DNA of 64,000 nt. Origin: Guillardia theta CCMP2712. Lineage: Eukaryota; Protista; Cryptophyta. The DNA lies in contig NW_005434650.1 in NCBI RefSeq assembly GCF_000315625.1, positions 697,303 to 761,302 of the forward strand. Reading direction: 5' to 3'. A program made the position numbers and the translations under genes. Position 1 is the stretch's first letter, and each line of letters opens with the position of its first letter. Below are positions 56,817-64,000 of this stretch, piece after piece. Below the pieces are notes generated by a model, which did no database searches, was not told the DNA's origin, and saw only the letters and a program-made list of their open reading frames with translations.

Positions 56817-59800
56817 TCAAGGGTTCAAGTTCATTCTTGTTCCAACGTTGCGACGAGATTTCATACCCTCCTTGTACACCGTCAGCTCCTCGGTCTCAAG
56901 GATATCCTTGAGGTCCACGCTGGAAGACAAAGTTAGAGGAGGGGAGAGCGGAGATAAGGATGGATGGATGAAGAGGAGGAGGCAAAGCAGGGAAGGAGAG
57001 GTGTGAGGAGGGGATGATAAAGCAGAGAAAGAAGGAGAGCTGACTTGTGAACGAAGTCTGCCCGCATGTCGACCAGTCGAACCTGCGCGAGTTTGATAGG
57101 AAAGGATTGATCCTTCTTCACCGCCTATCATCCCATGAGCTCAGTCGCAGAAGGGTCGAGAGAGTCGATCAGGAGCTTCACCTTTTTGAGCTTCACACTG
57201 CACAGGATCGCGAGGTCTTCTATCAGCCCGACGGCAATCTTGGGTGCCGCAGGCTTCTGTTGTCGCTGGCTTAGGCAGATGGCTTCTCCTGTCCACTCTG
57301 CCTCCTGCTTGAGCCACAACAAGGTGTAAAACTGCCTCGAGAATCGCTCGGCCTTCTTCATGTTCATCGACCGATTCTCCGTCTCACTCACTCGCTGATG
57401 CAGCTGGGCAAGGAGATCAGGCTCTTCTCCTCCTCCCTCGTCTCGCCTACCTGTTCGATGGTGAAGAGCTTCTGCCCTGCAAGGTAGGCATGCAGCTGCT
57501 GGTGAAGCACAAGGTCCCCGTAACGTCTCAATGGCGATGTGATCTGACAGTAGAGGGGCATGCCGAGGCTGAAGTGATAGCCTGGCTCGCCGAGCTGGGA
57601 GTCGCGAGTAAGCACGACAAGAGGGAGTATGGGGGGGGGGGAGACCTTAGTCCTGAGAAGGCGTTTGCGAAGCTCGAACATATCCGAGAGCGTGGTCGGA
57701 GGCTTGAAAGCCTTGGGCTTTGTCAGCGTCATCTTCTTGTTCGGAGTGTTTGGTTCCGTTGGAGGCAGCTGGACAGCATCGTTTAAACACAGGAGAGGAG
57801 GAGGAGCAGGGAAACCTGCGATGAGAACAGGAACGGGATTTGATTATCAATAGCAAACTTTCCCACCGCCTCTCCAGCCATGAGCATGAACTCCATGACC
57901 TGAGACACAAGTCAGCACCTCCCGATCGTCGCCGTGCTACTGACCATGTCCTTACTCTCATAGTATTCTACCGGCTCGACAGAGATCTTGCCGTCTGAGA
58001 CCTTCACGTCTGCCTCAGGGAACTGGAAGGTGATGGCGCCTGACATGTCCCGTCACCTTCAGTCGTTGAACCTCAGAGCCTCACCGTTCTTGCGCCTCCT
58101 GTCGGCAAAGATCTGCGCAATGACGTCGAGCTTCCCCAAGTCAGTGCTTTCGTCTTGAATGTAATCGCACGCATCATCATAGGACACTCTCGTTACTGAA
58201 ACCTGAACCCAGGGGTCACCCCAACAACGCGGTCGCCTGCTCTCACCAAACTCTTGCAGATCTCCACATCCTCCACCTGCCCATCCTCGTCCACACGGAA
58301 GCCAACAGAGAAGGCGCAAGAAGTCTTCTCGTTGCCCAACGCTATGGTCTGAATCGCCGTCTCAGGGAGCATGTTCACAGTTTCTGACATGGCAGGTTCA
58401 GGCATAGCAAGGATCAAGATCAGTCTAACCTTGAGGGAGGTAGCAGCTTGACCCACGAGCCCTTGCGAATCGATCCAATTCGCTATCTTCATAGGACATT
58501 CAGAACAACACGGAACAAGAAACCGATATACAAGGAGGTCTACCTGCGCTCACAATACTTGCGACATCTGCAATGTGAACCCAAACTTTTCCATCCGCAT
58601 CCAGCCTGCTCGCATATCACCACAGCATCTGCAGTAGGAGCGATCGCGCACGAGAGAGCATCGTCGGGATCTTTGATGCCTTCGCTATCGATCGCATAAG
58701 CTTTCAGATGCGTCAGATCTCTCCGCTCGACATCTTCAAACTTGGGGTGGCTGGTGACTTGCGGAGTGTTCAGATTCACCTGGCACCCTCGTGAGAGCTT
58801 GTTCTGGTACACGAGGAGGAGGGGGAGGAGGAGGAGGAGGAGGNNNNNNNNNNNNNNNNNNNNNNNNNNNNNNNNNNNNNNNNNNNNNNNNNNNNNNNNN
58901 NNNNNNNNNNNNNNNNNNNNNNNNNNNNNNNNNNNNNNNNNNNGAGGAGGAGGAGGAGGAGGAGGAGGAGGAGGAGGAGGAGGCACCCCGAAGCGCTGGG
59001 GCCAGGGGTTGAAGTCTTCGGTCCAAATGCCCAGGTCTAGAAGAAGCTGATGCGCCACTTCACAAGTCTGAGAGACTTCAAGGCCCTGTAGGAGGGTGAC
59101 GAGGAGCGACGAGAGCGAGAGGGCAGCTGACCTTGAGGATCTTGCTGGAGTTGGTGGACATGAGCGCCAGGTCTTCGACATCCTTCAGTCTTTCAACGTC
59201 CCCCTTCTTCAGCTTTCTTGTCTGATGAAAGAATCAAAGGACCAAGGATGAGACAAGAATAGGAGAGACTTCGATTCTCTTGAGGAAAGCTTCCCACTCT
59301 TTCTTCGCTGCTTTCTCCATCTTCATCTTCTCTAGCTTCCCATCAACATGTTCTTTAGTATGAGCGCTGATATCCGATGGTTCGCCATGAAAGTACAAGT
59401 CCTCGCACACGATCTTCCATGTTGCCCATGATGTCACGTGGTCTACTTTCTGCGAAAGGAGTTCACGAGAGATCGGAGGGTTATGAAATCGACTCACATC
59501 GAAGAGCAGCTGAGCGAGCTCTGAGATGCTCTTCGATCCCGTCTCGAGAACGAGTTCATGCACGTCCTCCACTGAGTTCACAGGCTGGGGAGAAGCGCTG
59601 TTAAGCTCTTCGACCTCCCAGGACCTTACGGGCCCTTCATAGATCATTGCGACATCCTTCAGCTTCGCTTTCCTGGCCTTTGATCCGAGGAAGGTCAGAG
59701 TGACTTTTGCTAGTTCCTCGTTGACATCGTCGACGATCGCAGGCTCGTTCTTGTACACGACAAGTGAGTCTTTGACGGCCTGTGCTGGAGGAGAGGCATC

Positions 59801-60139
59801 TGCTTTCAATCTCCTGCAAACACCTCCAACAGTCAGAAAGAAACCAACCAAACGACTCCCTCCTGCTCAAAGTTCTCACAGGTTGCGAAAGATGGCAGAA
59901 AAGTGGCTGGTGGCTCTTCTTGCCCTCGATGGTGCGGCAAAAGGAAGATCTGCCCTCCGGTGGGTAACGCTGATCCTCGTGTTCAACCTTGGAGCGAGCA
60001 GGGGACTTGATGGCATCATGAAGGCGGGAGAGCCTCGTCTGCCCATCAACAAGTCTCCTCCTCCTCCTCCTCCCCCTCCCCCTGCAGCAGCAGCTGCCGC
60101 CACCATCATCCACACCAATGTCGCAGCCATCCCCACCAT
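56817..60139 (-). CDS. RNase II/R (RNB-domain) exoribonuclease, probably plastid-targeted; 100-N gap (58844-58943) in an intron
   Basis: RRDLTHLKAYAIDSEGIKDPDDALS, VHIADVA, ETVNMLP, RVSYDDA, VMEFMLMAG, HFSLGMPLYCQITSPLRRYGDLVLHQQL. N-terminal signal-like MVGMAATLVWMMVAAAAAA followed by SPAF and an Arg/Ser-rich transit-like stretch. Confidence 0.88.
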
Positions 60140-60149
60140 TCCTCCCAGT

Positions 60150-60745
60150 TCGCCACCACCCCTACCCACCGGATCAACAAAGTATGACCCTACCTTCGTT
60201 CTGTACCCCTGAAATCATACCCTGCATTGAGAAGTACCCACCACCCTTTCCCACCAACAAAGAAGGTACCCCCACCCCCAATTTTCCCTTCCTCCGTTTA
60301 ATCAGGACCCACCCAACAAACTTCCCTGCAGTGATTACCCTATGGTCTTGAACCCCACCCCCCAAAAAACTTCAACTACCCTACCTCCAGTGTCAAGCAT
60401 AAGTACCTCCACCCCACCCCATGACCTCTACCCCTATCAATTTCCCTGAGTGAATGGGGGCCGACCATAGAGGTTATACCCCCTCCCCCCACGATATCTA
60501 CAAAGGTATTTGGGTACTGACTAAGTACCCCACTTTGATCATCTAAATTGAGGGATTTGGTGGGGAGGGTGGTGGGTGAATTGGAAATAGTGGGGTAGTT
60601 GCAGGGAATCGAAGGGGTCCGTACCAAGAGGGGAAATGGGTAGGGTAGAAATCTTGGTAGTAATGGTGGGTAAATCACAGGAAACGAGAGGGTGGGGGTA
60701 GTTCACAAACACGATTCAGTGCCAGTGGGGTAGTGGGGTTTTGAA
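60150..60745. repeat. TACCC/GGGTA-rich low-complexity intergenic element with strand-polarity switch
   Basis: Left half is rich in ACCC/TACCC/CCCCACC and right half in GGGGTA/GGTGGG, switching near 60500-60550. Confidence 0.6.
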
Positions 60746-60760
60746 TTCGCGTGTAACGCC

Positions 60761-62010
60761 ATGGCGACAAGAACGAAACGAGCAGGTGAGGAGGAGGAGA
60801 GAGAGGAGAGGATAAGAGCAAGAAGAGTGAGAGGGAGAGTGAGAGGATAAGGGGAAGAAGAGTGAGAGGGAGAGGGAGAAGGGGGGGAGGAGAGGGAGAA
60901 GGGAGAGGGAGAGTATGAGGAGAGAGGAACGAGAGGAAGTATGTGTAAGAGAGAGAGAGGAGGACGAGAGAAGACAATGAAGTAGTGATCAGGAGACAGA
61001 CCAGAAGACAGTGAAGCCGAATCCAGACACACAGAGAGAAAAGAGGGAGAGACAAGATTCTGTATTGAAGATGGCTATAGAAGCTGCAGAATCAGGATGT
61101 TTGTCTGTAGATGGACACGTACCTCTCTCTGTGCTGCTTTCGCTTACAGGCGTTCTCTAGGGGGTGCGCCAGCTGCGAGCAAAACAACGAGCAAGAACAC
61201 GCTTTCTATGAGCACAGCTCCCGTCAAGTCTGTCAGGGCGCTCGGAAAGGAGAATGAAGACCTTCACCAGCAAGTAAAGGAGCTGACGGAGACTATCAAG
61301 ACGCTCACGGAGAGCAGGAATGCTCAGAAGCATTCAACAGATGTACTTGCATATGCTAAGACGTCATTTTGATGCTGACAGCGATGGCAGAGACTCGTCA
61401 AGGCGAAGGAGTCGGAGATCGAGACCTTGAAGTCTGACATGGAGACTTTGAGACTCGAAGAGCAGAAAAGGATCTTCGAGCTCGAGGAAGCGTTGAAGGC
61501 TGCACAGGAGGAAGCGAGCGAGAAGTCGCAGAAGAACGACGAGTTTCAAGCTCGGCTTGCTCAGATGCTGAAGTCGAATGCGGATTACAAGAACTGCCTC
61601 GAGCACTATGGCGTCAACGCTGTTACTTTGAAAGAATGGTCGCAGAGAGATAAGGAGAAGCGAAGAGACGTTGAGATGCTGGAAGATCAAATCATGAAGG
61701 CTCTGGAAGATCTCTCCCAGTCTAAGAACATCCTGCAACAAGATCTGCAGAGAGGAAAAGAAGTCTCCGAGCTGATTGCGCAAGTGAAAGAGGACATGAA
61801 GCAGGTCAAAGATTTCAAGACAGCAGGTGAAAACTTGAAGATTGTTTGCGGCGAGCCTTGATTCCTTGTGCCGTAGATGTTGACAGCAACAGTGATGAGG
61901 ACAAAGAAGATGTCGACGAGCAGCTCTACGAGGATCCAAGAAGGCACGAAGGAAGGGAGGAGGAGAATGAGAGTGGAGACTCGAGCGGACAGCTGAAGGA
62001 GACTGAGGAA

Positions 62011-62074
<64 letters not shown>

Positions 62075-62769
62075 AGACGAACAAGGAACCATCTGAACAG
62101 TGCCTGCAAGAACCAGAGGAGGAGCGTGAGGAGTTCGTGGTGAAGGAGGCGGGAGCGGGCAATGAGGAGGCAGTGCTTGACGCAGCCAAGCCCGAAGACC
62201 AAACTGATGTTGTTGAACCTCAGCCACAGCAGGATGAGGAGGACAACCAGGTTCTGCCAGGAGAGGAGCAAGATGCCGAGGACCAGGACAAGGAGATTCC
62301 TGTAGAGGAAGCGACAGAGCTCAAGACTCCCGAGATGGAAGTGGCTGCATTTGCAGAGGAGGATCTAAATGTCATCGATGCAGCGACTGACGAGGTTGGA
62401 GAGAAGGACGAGGCGACGGTAGAGGAAGAAGCAGGCGAGAGCTTGTCGGAGAAGACCTCATCGTCTTCAGTTGAGTCCTCTGCAGCTCCAGCAGAGGAGG
62501 TCGGCACGGAAGAGGCCGTGGAGGAGGCTCCCAAGGAGGAGGAAGACGTTTCCTGCGGTCAAAAGGATGTCCCTGACGAGTTGCAGGCTGAGGAGCATGC
62601 GGATGGTTTATCCATGGCTGCGCTCCTGAATCCAGAGGAGCCTGTGGATGAAGCAAGACTATCGCGGAGCAGCGACGACTTCATCGACTCGAGCCGATGG
62701 GTGCAGGAGGAGGAGGAGGAGGCGCTGGCGAACTCGAGGAGGGAGTCGTTTGACAGCGCCATCTGCTAG
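60761..62769 (+). CDS. Coiled-coil protein with long acidic low-complexity C-terminus
   Basis: MATRTKRA|.. followed by heptad-rich exons (LGKENEDLHQQVKELTETIKTL; RIFELEEALKAAQEE) and a 300-aa E/D-rich tail with (EQ)n. Confidence 0.75.
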
Positions 62770-62814
62770 AGGAGGAGAGAGCTTGTAACTAAACGCTTGT
62801 GATCTAACTTAAAA

Positions 62815-64000
62815 TTAGGCAGCTTTGCCTAGAGTATCTACACACGAGTGCGGTAAAATGCAGACTTGACGTCCTGACCAGAAGGCGAGAGGGTCCTTGT
62901 CGCCGAGCGGCTGCATGCTGATGAGAAGAAGACCAGGGCGGGGGGGGGGGGGAGGGGGGAAGCAAGAACACCTGACTCAAGGCAGAGATTGCTGCCTTCA
63001 AGTCGAAGTTCAGGAGCTCGATAGTCGCTGCGCCATGACAGTCATTGATGAAAGAGGATGAGGAAAGAACGTGAGAAAAGACAGGGACCCGAGGAGGAGG
63101 AGCAGGAGGAGAAAGGAGACCTCTTGTGGTGGCGAACTGGACGTTGAGGTATCGGATGTTGTCGGTGGACCTGACCGTGTAGAGATGGCCGACGCTGATC
63201 GACGTTCCCGGCTGCACAATTGTCACGAGGGAGCCTTGCAGGGGATCGACCAACGATAAGGAGGCTGTCGGGAGAGACCAGGTCCGGGTTGAGGGCCCAC
63301 ATCTAGACGATCATCAGGAGGAGAAGAGAGAAACGACAAGGAGAGGGGGGGAGGAGGAGAGGGCAGGATGAGAAATACCTGCACGAAGTTGCTGCCGAAG
63401 ATAGTGGCGATTTCTGCAAGGGTCTGTCCTTGGTTAACTGACCATGAGCATCTGTTGACGGCAACCTGGCATAGGAATAGTGATCAGCTTAAGAGCTCAA
63501 TAGGGAAATCGACTCACTTGAACGCATGCTTCCGAGGAGACGTCGCTGATAGAGTTCACGGCTCGGAAGCAAATCGCCTGAAAAGCATGTGCAAGCAGCG
63601 AGGGATGAGGAAGACGGAAGCAGGGCATGGAAGGAGAGGAGGAGATGAAGGAAAGAGGAGGGAGGGAGGAAAAGAAGAAAGAGATCGTAAGGAGAAACGA
63701 GAGGCCCACAATTGCTCTGCACCTGCGACCAGCCTCCATAGTAGCTGGCGGGTGTCCACTTGAACAAGTAGGTGTTCTGCCCACAATCTCACCCACCCTC
63801 CACTCTCCCCCTCCTCCCCTGCGCCGTCCCCCAACACCGTCACTCGCTCTAGCCTTACTTGAGAATCTCCTAGAATGGGGGCTAGCGAAGCTCCAATTGG
63901 GAGGACAACCTACAAATGGTTGAGCTCAACAGGGAGAAAGTCTCCTCCTCTTACTGGCGCCGTTATAATGACTGGGTCAAGCACGTTCTCATTTACAGCT
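62815..64000 (-). CDS. LysM-domain protein (C-terminal part; 5' portion outside window)
   Basis: CSWSVNQGQTLAEIATIFGSNFVQ|MWALNPDL and GHLYTVRSTDNIRYLNVQFATT|..IELLNFDL..GRQVCILPHSC are two LysM-type repeats. Upstream YLFKWTP..GW, ICFRAV beta-rich module. Confidence 0.75.

Noticed and set aside
1-64000. The window as a functional gene cluster/operon or a prokaryotic defence island
   Set aside because: The genes are spliceosomal-intron-rich, alternate in strand and have unrelated functions. No evidence of co-function from adjacency.

Overview
Gene-dense, intron-rich eukaryotic nuclear DNA, not prokaryotic. Most likely a cryptophyte alga (Guillardia/Hanusia-like). This is inferred from many ~35-90 nt GT-AG introns with CTGAC-like branch sites, polypurine/polypyrimidine microsatellite introns, bipartite plastid presequences with an A-F motif, and a ciliate/apicomplexan-type channel-adenylate cyclase. 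About 21 spliced protein-coding genes were assembled by hand from ORF fragments, so exon boundaries are approximate. In order: WD40 protein (-); TIR/EF-hand/YL1-C/SPRY protein (+); secreted six-hairpin glycosidase-like protein (+); voltage-sensor adenylate cyclase (-); hypothetical (+); ALK/LTK Gly-rich-ankyrin-SAM protein (-); type II membrane protein (+); PDZ protein (-); PPCS (-); CMTR2-like methyltransferase fold (+); ferlin (-); plastid DUF1824 (+); PIG-G (+); multipass membrane protein (-); secreted alpha/beta hydrolase (+); membrane collagen (-); Kelch protein (+); lipin-like (-); RNase II/R (-); acidic coiled-coil (+); LysM protein (-, truncated). No rRNA, tRNA, CRISPR or transposase was recognised. 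There are three 100-N assembly gaps. The best novelty candidates are (1) a TIR domain retaining the catalytic Glu with EF-hands apparently inserted into it, a candidate Ca2+-gated NADase, and (2) a CMTR2-like protein that has lost its whole K-D-K-E tetrad and is fused to an hnRNP-Q acidic domain. Others are a degenerate lipin, a ferlin lacking Ca2+ ligands, and a cytosolic-looking ALK-type Gly-rich protein.
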